Positions 22,087 through 36,290 of a stretch of 64,000 nucleotides of DNA are shown piece by piece. Both the position numbers and the translations under genes were made by a program. The stretch is taken from NCBI RefSeq assembly GCF_963921235.1, contig NC_086097.1:74774001-74838000 (forward strand). Direction: 5' to 3'. The DNA comes from Mobula hypostoma (taxonomy: Eukaryota). The notes under the pieces are model-generated. The model did not search any database, was not told where the DNA came from, and saw nothing but the letters and a program-made list of their open reading frames with translations. Position 1 is the stretch's first letter, and each line of letters begins with the position of its first letter.

Positions 22087-24685
22087 CTAAGACAAACAGG
22101 AAAAGGGTTGATTTTACACCTCAATTTGAAAACACACTTAATTTTTTCTCATTTTGATTTATTAAAGGCACAGTAAAATCAGCTGCTCGCTATGGCATCT
22201 GTTGATTGCAAAGTCTTCTTATGGTCAACCATTTTAATATATTTAGTGTTTAAGATGAAATGTCTGTCTGCACAAGAGGCACAAACATGGTAAAAGTTCA
22301 TTGCTTCAGCTAGCTTGCTTTCTTCTGAAAGAAATTGTAACACCCCTTCCAGCTGTCTGTAAATGAAGACCAGGCTTTGCCACTCTCTGCTTTCACAAGG
22401 TATTGTTATGTCAGCAAGCCCATCAATTAGGCTGTCTGAAGTTTTATCACCACAGCAGCAAATAAGTGCCGGTACAGAAAGGCTCCTGCTCCTTCACAGC
22501 TCCTGCAGTTTCAGACTGTAAAGTCAAGGGGTCATTTGGAGGTTAGCGACTGGCAACAGTGACCTTTTCAACTGAGATTTCCACACCCAGGGCACAAAAA
22601 AACAGTTCATGCCCACCAGCAATGGAGGCACTAAAAAATGTGAGTGAAGGTAGACAGGCAACTTCGTTCCACGGGTCAAAACATACACTTTTGATTTTGT
22701 GATGAAAGATACATACTGTATGCACTTTGACTCTGGGTAATAAAGTGGTGCAAAAGGACCTAAAATGGAAGTGGAGCCCCCCAGTCCATTAAGAGCTTAA
22801 AAAGTAATACTTTTCTAGAGAACATATTGTTATAGATTCTTATATATTAAAAAAAAGTTTGACAATTTCTGTGTGCCATCAAAATGCTGCAATTCAGGAA
22901 AAATGGTGCCAAGTTTGCATTTTGCTTCTGGTTTGACCAATACAGTTTGATGGTCCATCACTGTTACCTGAAAGTTGCCACTTTCTTGTTCTTCTCAAAA
23001 AGCCGGATAAAAATTACATTGCGAGAGCTATTTGAAATTAATCATCGCAGGTCTGGCTTCAATTTAGCAGCCACACCTCTTGATCCCCTCTCAACAACCA
23101 CCACCCCCACCCCTGGAAAAAAAAGCCTTTACATTTCTTGCTATCTAAAACGTTAGCAATCGCTATGCAGGGGCCAAATGTTTGCATTTGAAATGGAGCC
23201 AAACTACTCTACTCCACTGACTTTTATGTCCAACTTAGAGCAAGAAATACAACTCATGCGAATGGCATGTAACAAATGTCTCATAGCTGTGAAATTGGGG
23301 GATGGGGAGGAAAAAACAAGAATGAACCAGGAGCCCAGAAAAAAGAACTGTACAATTCTATGACAGATTTCTGATGTAAAATAGTCATTGTCAAACACAT
23401 TATTATTTTTCTAAAGTAAGCACTCTTCTTTCAGAATGGACCTTCTAACGGAACCGCAATAATCTTGCCAATATTTGAGCAAGTGCATTATAAAATATTT
23501 TCTATCAATATACTAATTATTGAAGGGAAGAATCCTCTAAAGATTCGCATTTTATCTTGTTGTCAAAAAATGTCACCCAACACAATTACTTATCTTGCCT
23601 AAGCTCTAGTTGAAAAGCTGCTTCAGGCATTAAAACTAGCTAAGCAACTGAAGAAAGAGATGTTCTTCAGGGAAATGGTGAGGGTCCTTTTAACAAGCAG
23701 TGCAGATATCATTAAATCAAATCATCAGTAAACAAACATCTGTTCCACAGTCAGAATGCACAAAGTGACCCTGTGCAGAATGAGAACAATTCAGTTACGA
23801 TTACCAGATCCAGACGGAATTCAGTTTACCCCCATGTTCGCACTTGCCATTATTGAAACACAGGATGAAACAAAGTAATATTAAGTTTGTGTGCAGATAC
23901 AGTATCTGCAGATGTATTTCTGACTTGAGTCAATGGACCTTGAATACATGTCTAAATGGAGGTCTCGTGCAAAGAAACAGGTCAAAACAAACACCCACTG
24001 CAGATTTAATTTACAAGTTTTATAGGAAACGCTACAACTGCAATATTCAAATAAAAACTTTCAGATGAGGCATTAGCTTTTTGGTTTTTTTTAGTTGGAT
24101 CTGAATCATTGTCAGTTGTTGGACTTCCATCCCTAAGTTCCAAAGTCTAATTGCTGCCTTTCCTGAGGTTGAATCAGCAGTTTATTCTCACTGAGGCCAG
24201 TAGATGGAGTATTTTACAAAAGCAGGGCTTTTCATCCATGCGGAAAGACAAACTGGAGAATAAGACCAATCCGTTGAACTTTGGCCAGTTACAGGGCAGC
24301 ACTGACGGCCTGAATGCTTGACTGCCAGTGAGGGTGCTCCAAAAATTGCAAATTGTGACACATGACAGGCAGAGACTAAGGTTAACGCCTATTAAAGATT
24401 AATTGTGCACCCAGTTTTCTTCTCAGTGATCCTTGAGCAGAAGGGGATGGGGGGGGGAGGTTGGGACGTAGGAGTGTGGGAGAAGAGAATTTAGATGGGT
24501 CCAGCTCTTTACAGATGAACAAATTTACTGGGGTAGAAGATTCAATGGTGACTTTCAAAGAAGAAGTATACATTCTTTAAGAAGGAAGAACTCCACGGAA
24601 AGAGGGGGAAATGGGACTATCATATTGTCGTCCACAGCCAAGTTGCTCTTGTTTGCCTCCTCAACTGCAATGTTTCAGTAATGTA

Positions 24686-24873
24686 TAGAGTCATAGAAAA
24701 ATACAGCACAGAAACAGGCCCTTCGGCCCATCTAGTCCATGTGGAAACCATCTAAACTGCCTACTCCCATCAACCTGCACTGGGCCCATAGCCCTCCATA
24801 CTCCTACCATCCATGTGCCTATCCAAACTTTGGTTAAACATTGAAATCAAACTTGCATGCACCACTTGTGCTG
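24686..24873 (-). mobile_element. CR1-type LINE 3'-end fragment
   Basis: atagagtcatagaaaaatacagcacagaaacaggcccttcggccca... is the reverse complement of a CR1-like 3' hairpin/tail. A related copy lies at ~59988. Confidence 0.7.
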
Positions 24874-25379
24874 GTATGACCTTATGCAAATAAAATTGTA
24901 AATAACTCTTGATAGTAAATGCTGGCAGTTATCTTCCTTTGTTGTTCTAAGATTTATATCTGTTTATAGCACTCCTTTCCCTGGACCGTCCTCCCCATTT
25001 TCTCCTGTGCAATTAAATCTAAGCAATGTGTCCGAGAGGGAAGAGAGAACAGTCTTCTCCTTGGCCACTGTTGACATTAGTTCTGGGAGTATGGCTGAAA
25101 GAAATAGGGGGATTAAACCTGTCCCATTAATATTCAGTGTCACCAAATAGGGCTGGTGCAACATGTGATACCACAGCATTATCACAGCACTTTGATTTAT
25201 TCAGCACACATTATATCATTATAGATAAAACTACCTGTCCAGGCTGAGCAAACCCATTATCAAAGGAAGGCTACCACCCACCCTCCTTGTAAACTGAACC
25301 TAAAATGATATTCCGAGTTGTATATATTTGCACTCTAGTCTAATATTCAAGTAGCAGTCATTAATGATACCCTCTGTGT

Positions 25380-26087
25380 CTTTGACAAAGATAAGCTACC
25401 CATTTGCTTTTCTCTTGACCTTTGGCATGACTGACCATGCCACTTTCCTCCACTACTGTTCAACGGGGCAGGGTAAAGCTTAGCCAATTCCATTCCTATT
25501 TGCAACAAAGCTAAAGAGTTCTTTCCCTCTGCATTTCCGGTACTTACATCTGGTCTCTCACTCTTTCTTATTGTCCACTGCTGACATCATCTGAAAGCAC
25601 TGTGTCCATTTTTATGCATTCACCGATGACAACCAACTCCACCTCAGTGCTGCCTCTCTCATCTCTGACTTATCAGAGTGCTTGTCTGATATCCACTACT
25701 GCATCAGCAGAAACCTACCCCACCTCATTTTTAGGAATTACCAAGGCTTTGATTCCTGTCAGAAGCTCTCTACCATTTTTCCTACCTTCATCAATCTCCT
25801 TAGCAACCACGATGGAATTTTTGACCCCAAGATGAGTTTTGGACTGCAATTTTGCCCTTAGCAAGTGTACTGATTTCTAATTGGCCTAAGCTCACCTGTT
25901 GTATCCCTCATTCAGACTCTTTGCTACTACTATACCTGAACTACACATTCCTTTTAGGTGTACCTTGTTTTACCCTCCAAAATGGAGCTAATCCAAAGTT
26001 CTGCTACATACGTCTGTTTGCACACTGTCTCTGTTCGTGCATTGGATCCTGACTATGCAATACCTTGTTTGAAAATTCTCATCTTCA
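25380..26087 (+). mobile_element. Old L2-like LINE RT remnant (resumes at ~26912-26970 and ~27475-27720)
   Basis: Decayed LLDL..DH..L and DII.KH.VHF..TDDTQL-like segments, plus L2-like 3' sequence tttgaaaattctcatc / caaaatccttccatgg split by younger insertions. Confidence 0.55.
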
Positions 26088-26911
26088 GAATCAGATTCAG
26101 ATTTATTACCACTGACATATATTGTGGTAATTGTTGTTTTGCGACAGCAATACAGTACAGTACATTAAAAACTATAAATTACAATGAGAATATATATATA
26201 TAAATTAAACAAATAGTGCAAAAAGAGAACAAAATAATGAGGTAATGTTCATAAATCTGATGGCAAAGGGGAAGAAGCTGTTCTGAAAATATTGTGTGTG
26301 TATCTTCAGGCTCCTATACCTTCTCACTGATGGTGGAATGAGAAGTCGGCACATCCTGGATGGTGACAGTCCTTCATGTTGGAAGCCATCTTTTTGAGGC
26401 AATGCATTTTGAAGCGATCCTCAATGGTGCGGAGGCTAGTGCCCATGATGGAGCTGACTGAGCTTACAAACATCTCTAGCTTTTTCTGATCTTGTGCATT
26501 GGCATCTCCATACCAGATGGTGATGCAACAAGTCAGAATATTCTCACGCTGTAGAAATTTGCTGGAGTCTCTGGTGACACACAAAGTCTCCTCAAACTCT
26601 TAATGAAATACAGCCACTGATGTGCCTTCTTCATTGTTACATCAATATGTTAGGCCCAGGACCTGAGATGTTAACACCCAGGAACTTGAAGCTGCTCACC
26701 CTTTCCAACACTGACTCCTCAGTGAGAGCTGCTGTATGTTCTCCTGACTTCCCCTTCCTGAAGTCCGCAATCAATTCCTTGGTCTTAATGATGTTGAGTG
26801 TAAAACTTTTGTGACACCACTCAACCAGCTAATCTATCTCACTCTTGTACTCCTCCTTGTCACCATTTGAGATTCTGCTAACAATGGTTGTGTTATTGGT
26901 GAATTTATAGA
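26088..26911 (-). mobile_element. Rex1/Babar-like LINE 3' fragment
   Basis: Minus ORF ENILTCCITIWYGDANAQDQKKL and RRYRSLKIHTQYFQNSFFPFAIR. Tail agaatcagattcagatttatt on the plus strand. Confidence 0.85.
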
Positions 26912-26979
26912 TTGCTCTCAAATTCTTCAAAATCCTTCCATGGTCTATAATCTCCTCCAATCTTTTCTTTCCATGGGAT

Positions 26980-27465
26980 GAAAACTCAAAGACCCTGGAA
27001 ATGTTCTACAGCTGTGCCATGGACAGCATTATAAATGGTCGCATTATAAACCTAGTATGGAGTCTCCAATGCATGGGACCAAAATAAGCTGCAGAGGGTT
27101 GTAGACATGGGCACTAGCCTCCCCACCATTGAGGACATCTTCAAAAGGTGGCTCAAGAACACTGCATCCATCTTTAAGGACCCCCACCATCCAGGACATG
27201 CTCTCTTCTCATTGCTACCATCAAGGAGAAAGTACAGGAGCCTGAAGACGCACACTCAATTTTAGGAATAGCTGCTTCCCCTCTGCCATCAGAATTCTGG
27301 ATGGTCCATGAACTCATGAATACTGCCTCACTATTTTGCTCGTTTTGCACTATTTATTTTTTTAAAATATCTTATTGTAACCTATAGTAATTTTTATGTA
27401 TTGCACTGTACTGCTGCCACAACATAACAAACTTCACAACATATGTCAATGACAATAAACATGAT
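26980..27465 (+). mobile_element. Rex1/Babar-like LINE 3' fragment (same family, opposite orientation)
   Basis: Shares catgggcactagcctcc..accattgagga and caccatccagga with the reverse complement of 26088-26911. Ends at gacaataaacatgatt. Confidence 0.85.
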
Positions 27466-29304
27466 TAATATTTATGTCCCTCAATTTTAGCCTACCGAGT
27501 ATTCCCAAACTTAATTGCTCTAACAGTGGTAGCCATGTCTTCAGTGCCAATGTTTTTGAATGTTTGGAAAGTCTCCTCAAAACCTTTTCATCTTTTCAGA
27601 CCTTCCTTGGAACCTACTTGTCTGGACAAAAACTTCTGGTCACCTGCCCTAGATTTTCCACAAGCTGTTTGTTACAAAATTTGTTTGATATTGTGCTTTT
27701 GAAGTGAATTGAAACTACATATAAATACAAGTTGTTGGTACATTGATTAACATAGATCATGGTTGACACTTTGATTTGAATCAACTGGAAAAGTAAAGCA
27801 CATCCACATGTGACTATCTGAAACATAGACCTCTGCTGTAAAGTTCAATCAGATGCTTACATTTGAAAATCATCAGTTTTATTTAAATTGTGCTTTGTGC
27901 TGTAATGTTGAGAAAATGTGGTTCACTTCTTTGTCGGGGCAGGAGAGGTGCTCCCAGTATTCAAAGGGTTGTAAGTATAGTGTAAATTAAACTTCAGAAC
28001 TTTTGGTGTCCACACTTGCTCATTTTGAGCATTGTAACCTTCTCTGTACTAGACTCACTGGCAGGCTAATGTACTGTGTTCCTTTGGGAGTTGATTCAAA
28101 GCTCTGTAGCTATACTCCCTTTTATCAATCAGAATACGGCCAATTGAGATTATCAGACCAGGCAGATAAGACTGTTTTTTCTCCTCCCAAGAGCCACTAA
28201 TGGTGTGTGCACATGACACACACAAAAAAAACTCCAGATGAGGAGAGATTCATGCTCTCCTATATCACATCACTGAGTAATGCACCCTCCTCTTACCCTT
28301 CCCCCATTCATCTCTCCCTGGCGTACTCCAAGTAATGGGCTGGACTAAATTACTAGGTTTTTCTTTTTACCCCCAACCATTTTTATTATTTACATCTGGT
28401 AGTCTCCTTATTATAAAGTCTCTCTTGCTCCCTTCGTACACAATTGCACACAGAGCTGCAAACCATTATAGTCCCTCTCAGCATGGGAACTTCATACTGT
28501 CTTCAAACAAATAATTACAGGCAAGGTTAAGGGGTCACAGAGAGGTCATATCTTTGGATACTCATCAGAATGTTTACATTAGTACCAACAGAGGTTCATT
28601 TAACATGCCGAGATTTTAAAAATGCTTCCACTGTGGTACAAATGCAGCAGGAGCAATTTGAAATGCCAGACAAAAATTTGTAACGCCAACTTCCAAGTAC
28701 CTAATCTTGAAAAGTTTCCATTTCCTCATGTTTAATGTATTCACCAAATGATCTGGACAACACTAGTAGTTCCCCTGCCATTACCATTAAAAAAGAACAC
28801 CCTAATCTGCATGATGCCTCTGTATGTAGGGATAGCATTCCTCTACATTTGTGCCCAACTTTGATTGAACTTAAATCTCCTTTACTCATATCATCCTACT
28901 TCATTGACTCAACACCACACCTGGCAGCTTGCTCTTATTCTCAGCAATTTTGCCGTGAGAAAGCTTGATGCCTAACTTTATTTATCTGGAACAGAGCCCA
29001 AATTAGATAGTCACTTCTCCTTGAACAAACTCTCTTCCAAACGAGTTGTTTAACCGGTTTGTAAAATCTTGTAGCTGATAACTGGAATCCAGCCTACAAA
29101 TGCTATGCAAATTAAGTTCTGTCACAGAAGGAACACTTACACTGACAAGCACTGCATTGGTAAGCAAAATTTTAATTCACTTCCAAGTGCAGGTTAGAAT
29201 GCAAACTGATTTTTTTTCTGCTATACTAAAATCGAAATGTTTGAAGCAAATGGTGCAAGAATTATTGACCTTTGCTGAAATTTCTACCGATTGCAGTTCA
29301 AACC

Positions 29305-30012
29305 AAGATTAAAGATTGTTTAATGCCATTTCCTGTACACAAGTGTAAAGGAGAACAAAGTAATTGTTACTCCAGGTCCAGTGCAACACAAAAAGATAAA
29401 GAAAACAATAATAATATAAGAAAACACAATAAATATAAATATATAAGGTAGCTTATATATATATTGATTGAATGTCCATAAAGCGGTGCTAGGCACAGAA
29501 CGTAACTGTGCATTAGGTTACTGACAGGAAATGATTATGTAGTGGTGGGCTAATGGGTGGAGGTGTTGATCAGCCTTACTGCTTGGGGAAAGTAACTGGT
29601 TTTGGGCGTGGTGGTCCTGGCGTGGATGCTATGTAGCCTCCTCCCTGATGGGAGTGGGCCAAACAGTCCGTCAGCAGGGTGGGTGAGATCCTTCATGAGG
29701 TTACTTGCCCTTTCCAGCACCTTTCTATATATACATCTTTGAGGGCAGGTTGGCTGTTGCTGGTGATGTATTGGGCAGTTTTGATGATCTGCTGTAGAGC
29801 CTTCCTGTCTGCTGCAGTGCAGTTTCCATACCAAGCAGCGATGCAGCTTGTAATAATGTGCATCTGTAGAATGATTGAGTATAGATGTGCATAGTCCAGC
29901 TCTCTTCAGTCTCCTCAGAAATTAGAGGCATTTGTGAGCTTTCCTGACTATCTAGGATGTGTTCTGGTACCATGAGAGGTTGGGTGAGATGTGCCCTCCC
30001 AGGAATTTGAAA
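29305..30012 (-). mobile_element. Rex1/Babar-like LINE 3' fragment
   Basis: Minus ORF RASNLMKDLTHPADGLFGPLPSGRRLHSIHARTTTPKTSYFPQAVRLIN, typical of the Rex1 ORF C-terminus. Confidence 0.85.
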
Positions 30013-30789
30013 CTAAAATAACATGTAGATATTACTTCTGCTTTGGCAAGCTTACAGATTTAACTAGCTACCAGAGAACTTGTAAACTTGCTTCTTCTTG
30101 CTTTTTCTTGGGAGAGTTAGGAACACCATGACTCAAAAATATTAAGCAGCCTTCCCATTACCCATGTAAATTATTTCACAGAAACCTGGGAGTGAGTGCT
30201 TGAACTTTTCTGTATTTATCATCCAGTAACTCAATAACCTATAAGCACAAACTCTCCTTGCAATTTTCTTGTAGTTTGGATACATTGACCGTTGAACTAA
30301 ATATCCTATTTAGCAAAACTGGCTCAAAGAATTGAGGCTTAGCATGTTAAAGAAACATCAAGTTAGGGAGTGATTTGATGAAGTTTGTAAAGCTACAGAC
30401 ACATTTTTGTATTATGGCAGAATCAAGGGTTATAGAACTCTGGTAGGACATTGGATTATAGATCTTAACAAATGGCACAGCAGCATTGAGGACATTCTCT
30501 AGTCCTACCTCTTAACCTTCTCTGTAGAAACCTTATATGGCTGTTCACAGTTAGATAAATCTTTATTGGCACTTTGTAGGTTATTGAATGGGAAAACCTC
30601 AAGAGATGCTTCTCCCCCGAAGGCATTATTTTGCCCTGGACCACTTAGCTTCTTTCTCCCATGGCCAAGCAATGTCACGTGACTACCCTCAGTCAGTTTG
30701 ATAAGGTAGCACAATCATATCAGGAAATCTAAAATATGGGTTCCATTTTCTCTGTTTACTATGAGCAAAAGAAACAATATGCCAAACCA

Positions 30790-31245
30790 TCACATTACAT
30801 TTGAGTACAAAAGCAAAGATATCTTACTACAATTATATAAAATCTTGGAGAGACAACATCTGGTGTATTTAGCACACTTTTGGTCTCCCCTTGTAATAAA
30901 AAGATAGCTTGCTTTACTTTAGACTAAATGCAGCAAAGTTTCAATAGACTGATTACATTGATTCCTGAGATGGCATGTCTGTCATATGAGGAGAGACATT
31001 AGGCTGATCTTCTATTCTCTCAAAGTTAGAAGAATGAGATGTGACCTCTTTTAAGTGTGCATATGGTTCTAGAATCAGGATTCACAGTCTCACACAAAAG
31101 ATGGCTGAAATGAGAAGAAATGTCTTCACTCAGAGGGCAATGAACTTCTGGGATTGCTGAAGGCTCAGTCATTGTGTTTAAAACTGAGATCCATAAGCTT
31201 CTGGATTTTAAAAGAATCCAGAGATAAGGGGAAAGGACAGGAAAA
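30790..31245 (+). mobile_element. Old CR1-type LINE 3' remnant
   Basis: Encodes FEYKSKDILLQLYKILERQHLVYLAHFWSP, homologous to 2200-2290. Also contains gagaagaaatgtcttcactcagagg. Confidence 0.75.
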
Positions 31246-32416
31246 GATTGTATAAGGGTTGAAGCACTAAATACCCTCCTCTTACCCTTTTCTTTATGTC
31301 AGAAAATGAATGGTAGTTTGTGCATAAAATTTAAATTCATACTTATTAACGTAATAGATAGGAATAAATTCCCTTTAACACTCATTTTGACATTATGTAG
31401 CAAACTGAAGAAAACATTACTCTAATTCTTTGCAAAGTGACTGATTTCTCTTGTAAATTTTATCTTCCTTACATAAAACTTTAACCACCTTTCTTAAGGG
31501 AAGACCTTTTTATGTAGCATCTCCGACAAGCTAACAGTACTTACTTTTTGGAACTCAAATACCATAAATAGTATGGTTTGGGAGATGTTCATTCAATCCA
31601 GCCTGTTACTTCCTAACGCATATCCTCATAGGATTTATACCCAATACTGCATCTGGGTAAGGGTTGGGGGACTGTTACGTTAAAACTGAGCTCTTTGAGA
31701 CAATCATACTAAAATGCTTAATATTAATTGTGCCTGGGAGTAAACCCGTATCAGGCTTATCCCTGTAATTCTACAGTAGTATAGATTGGACTTAAATTTG
31801 ATGGTGCTGTTTTTCTGTTATCCAACAGGGACTGAAACCTGAGGATGAAGAAAGCTTTCCTCCAATTCAATGAGGTAAGTCTACTCTGTGATTAATACAT
31901 CCCTCTCTAGCACTGGCCAAGAAGTGATTGTGCACTATAAATAACATGCTTGATGCTTGTACAACACTGCAGTAGCAGCCAACTCAGTCATCACCCCACC
32001 ATGCCCACCAGTGGCATTCAACGTCCAAATCAGTGTGAAGGGTGTTGTGGGATGGGACATTTAGAGCACATGGCACAACTGGGCTGCTTATGGAAAGCAG
32101 CTGGTCTGTTGGTTTCGAGTTCCACCAGATCTTTGGTAGAGGTGGGGTGGGGTGAGTGTGGGTTCAGCTGGCTAGAGATCAACACCTGGTAGAGGATGGG
32201 GCTTTGGAGGTAACAGAGTTAAAGGCAGTCAACAATTCAAGGTGTTTGTGAGAGATATTTGGGGGTTTGGAGGATTTTGAAGCTGGCAATTATGAATTCT
32301 GTGGAATCAGGGAATTGGCAATAAAGAGATTGTGGGATTGGGACTAACTGATGGGTAACACAGATTGGAGAAACTCAAGGAGCAGAGGGCAATAGTACTG
32401 CTATTTATTCCAATCC

Positions 32417-32497
32417 CTGTTCGGCACGAACTAGAAGGGCTGAGATGGCCTGTTTCCGTGCTGTAATTGTTATATGGTTATATGGTTATGGTTATAG
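32417..32497 (+). mobile_element. Very short CR1-type 3' end with (TATGGT/TATATGGT)n tail
   Basis: ttcggcacgaactagaagggctgagatggcctgtttccgtgctgtaa followed by a repeated tail. CpGs are retained, suggesting a young copy. Confidence 0.65.
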
Positions 32498-32674
32498 GTG
32501 AGCATAACCAAGGCAGTCAGTCCTCGGAACATCTACAGGAAGAAGAATTGTTTCAGTATGTGAGGCCTACTTAATTACATGTGGTACCTTGGTCTTCTGT
32601 ATTATGAATTTTGAAGTGATAGACTCCCCAACAACATATTCACTGGATCTACTGCAGTTCCACGGACTTGACCT

Positions 32675-32905
32675 CCACCATGAACCTGTGGAATGCTCCG
32701 CCACAGACTGCGGTGGAGGCCAAGTCCCTGGGTATATCTAAGGTGGAAGTTGATCTTCCCTGATCGGTCAGGACATTATAGAAGATGGCAAGGAGGCAGG
32801 TGTATGGGGTTGAGTGGGATCTGAGATCAGCCATGATGGAATGGCGGAGAAGATTTGATGAGCTGAATGGCCTATTTCTGCACCTATATCTTAAGGGCTT
32901 ATGGA
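32675..32905 (+). mobile_element. CR1-type LINE 3' fragment
   Basis: gaacctgtggaat...gatcagccatgatggaatggcggag...ggcctatttctgcacctat is similar to 2597-2790. Confidence 0.8.
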
Positions 32906-34902
32906 CTGTTTACTACTCCTTAACAGGGGCTGTTGAATGACTGGGCAGGGGTCTCAGAACTATGCAATGAACCAATCATAATGAAACAACTCAGACCATA
33001 ACAATTGTCTCCTTGGGAAACAAGGTCGGCGGTTAAACCAAAGGATGGAAGCTGAGGTATTCTTTGCCAGGAGACTGACAAGGCACAGCTTTACTGTTTT
33101 GATCTCCCTTTCTGCTGTGGTTAAGCAGCAATCTTGCACCAAACAGACGCCTTGCTGAGTGCTCCTATTCATTCACGGCAGCTTTTTTGATGGACTGCTC
33201 AGTATTAAGGGTGTATCATATTTCTTGGTCCAAAGTTAGGATGTTCTGTGCTCCTGTTAGTTGCCGGGATACATTCAGTTTTGACACTAATAATAGGGCA
33301 GCACCAATAGCATGTTTTCACAAAATGCCAGATGTACATTTAAACAAACTGCAATCTAATTTGCTCGAACACTTGATGCCAAGTCTCAAAGAGGAATGTC
33401 CACCCACAGAGTAGGAGTCCCATGAGTCACTTCTAAGCCAAAGAGTTTTGAAACTTAAACATTGTCAAAAATAAAACTGGCTCGTGAAGGCCGCCAAAGA
33501 TGATTTGATTTTGGTGGTATAGTTTATTTTATCATTTTATGTGGCCATGAACTTGTTGACATAGGTTAGCATAATGCTAGCAACATCTCCAGAGACAAGT
33601 ACCTTATGCGAGGGTTGTTCTGCCACAACTCAAATCATTACTGCAAAGTGCCCATGACTCAGTTTGCACTGTGCCTTTTTTTCAAAGGACTAATTGTATA
33701 GTTCACATGACTGAGTACTAAAGGCAATTACCAGTAGGCAAAGCCAAGAATAAAATGCTAGGAACAATTTGAGACCAGTCTTCAGCAGGTTCATGTGATA
33801 ACAAAACATGAACTCAATTATGCTCATTCTTGGATCTAAAGGCCAACCCCAGGAATAATGTCTCCACATTATTACCATTATGCATTTTCTTTATAATGGA
33901 AGGGTTACCACAGCACTAAAGGTAATAATATCCAAGTGGTACCTTTAGAAGAAAGATACATTGATTGAATCCCAAAGGTTTTGTTTCATGTAGCGGGCAC
34001 GTAGAATTAAATTCAGACTATTAGCGATCTTGAGCTTGCATTTTCTCTACAAAAGTTGTACGTGAAGCTCACTCCAACTTTAAGTGTGCTGTCATACGCA
34101 AAGGAAATGTGAGAAATTGCACCACGAGTTCTTAAGTGCAGAATGCCAGAATGAAAACCTGTCAGCAGCCCAAACACTACTGACAATTTCTCCTGTATTT
34201 GTCAATGCAGCGACAGTGAAGGCACCCCACAGTAATCCATCATGTATCCCGAGAGATGAGATGAGGTGCCATATAAATGCAAATTCTTTTTATCTTTTTC
34301 TCATGATATATATCAAGCAAAAAATCGAGATGACGAGCGTATTTTGATCAGGTCCTAACTTGTTCTTGATTCATTCAGGTACAACCTCTCCTGTTTTGTG
34401 CAAATCTGGGAATGAGCAATGTTCTTGTCAATTCTGCACATGATATGGAGGGTGAACCAAGTGTATGTAGGCAAATTCTTTAGATCATTGTGGGTACTTT
34501 GAATGTTTACTATCAAAATAAACGTCATCAGATTAAAAGTCAACTGAATTTGCAGAAAAATATTTATAGAACTAGAATGTCATCAGAAAACAATAATTTG
34601 TGCTGCAGAATTAACTCTGCCTTTACATTATGGCAAGCTCTAAGAACCCACTCACTAAAATCACATTATATTATAGGATCACACCCAAATAGAAAAGATA
34701 AATATAAACAGAATGAAAGGAAATCAGCCAGACTCAATGCTTTAACAAATTACCAGTATTCCTACCATGAGGATATTACAAAGCTCCAGTGAAATACATG
34801 ATTGTTTACAAGACAGTGGTAATTGATTAAAGATCAATTTATTATTTTATAATGCAAACTCAATGTTCTAAATTAAATTGGAAAAATACTAATAAAATTA
34901 TA

Positions 34903-35515
34903 CCATAAGACTTAGGAGCAGAATTAGGCCGTTCAGTCCATCGAGTCTGCTCCACTATTCAATCATGGCTGATTTATTATTCCTCTCAATCTCCTTCTCC
35001 TTCCTTCTCTCCATAACCTTTGATGCCCTTACTAATCAAGAACTTATCAACCTCCACTTTACGTATACCCAGTGACATGGCATCCACAGCCATCCATGGC
35101 AATGAATTCCACACATTTCCACCCTCCTGCTGAAGAAATTCCTCCTCTTCTCTGTTTTAAATTAATGTCTTTGTATTCTGAGGCTAGGTCCCCCGGTCCT
35201 GGATTCTGTCACTATCGGAAACATCCTCTCCCAAGTACATTCTGTCTCGGCCTTTCAATATTTGATGACTCAATGAGACCCCACTCCCACCACAGTTCTT
35301 CAAAACTCCCGCGAGTACAGGCCCAGTGGCATCAAATGCTCCTCATACATTAACCCTTTCATTCCCCGTATCATTCTTGTCAACCTCTTCTGGGCTCTTT
35401 CCAAATCCAGCACATCCTTTCTCAGATAAGGGGCACAAAACAGCTTTCAATTCTCCAGGTGAGGTCTGACCAATAAAGCCTCAGCATTACATCCTTGCTC
35501 TCATATTCTAGTCCT
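34903..35515 (-). mobile_element. CR1-type LINE 3' fragment
   Basis: ccataagacttaggagcagaattaggccgttcagtccatcgagtctgctcc... is the reverse complement of the 2200-2790 type sequence. Confidence 0.85.
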
Positions 35516-35964
35516 TGAGGCCAAGGTTGCTCAGTTCCACACTGGCTGCAGTGGGAGATGGCAGTGGGGGTGGTTTTAGGAAGCATCCTGTGCAAGATCT
35601 GCAGACTCTGTCAGGATGGGCAGCTGATGCACAACAGAGCACATGGATGGCTTGACACTGATGGTGACCGCTTCATCTGCTTTTTGCCTTTGGGTCTGCT
35701 TACATCGCAGTGACAAAGTGCTCAGTGCCTTACCTGACACACTGTCTGTTTTGAAACGGAACAGGCGAGGGTGAGGAGGTTTCACTGTTCTCAAGAATAT
35801 CCTTGAAGAATTTTCTCTGCCCCTCTGGAAATCTCTAGCTGTGACCGAGCTCAAAGAAAAGTGCTGTTTTTAGGAGAGTAGTGTCAGGCACATGGACAAT
35901 GTGAGCTCCCAGCAGGAATGGTTGATTGTGATATGAACCCTGTTACTGGGGTTGTGCTCCTGAT

Positions 35965-36290
35965 TTGACCATCACCTCCCTTCGGTTCCCCACCTCTTAC
36001 TCTTTAATCCATGGTCCACTGTCCTCTCCTATTAGATGCCTTTTTTTTTCAGCCCTCTACCTATCACCTCCCAGTTTCTTACATCATACCCCACCCAGCC
36101 ACCAATCCACCCCCCCCACCTCGTCTCACTTAATACCTGCCAGCCTGCACTCCTCCCCTCCCCCACCTTCTTATCCTGGCTTCGACCCACTTCCGTCCTA
36201 GTCTTGATGCAGGGACTCAGCCCGAAACGTTGACCGTTCATTTCTCTCCATAGATGCTGCCTGACCTCCTGAGTTCCTCCAGCATTTATG
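35965..36290 (+). mobile_element. Penelope-like element terminal fragment
   Basis: A pyrimidine-rich tract, then gatgcagggactcagcccgaaacgttgac...agatgctgcctgacctcctgagttcctccagca. This matches the reverse complement of 40850-40940, which abuts the GIY-YIG ORF. Confidence 0.75.
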
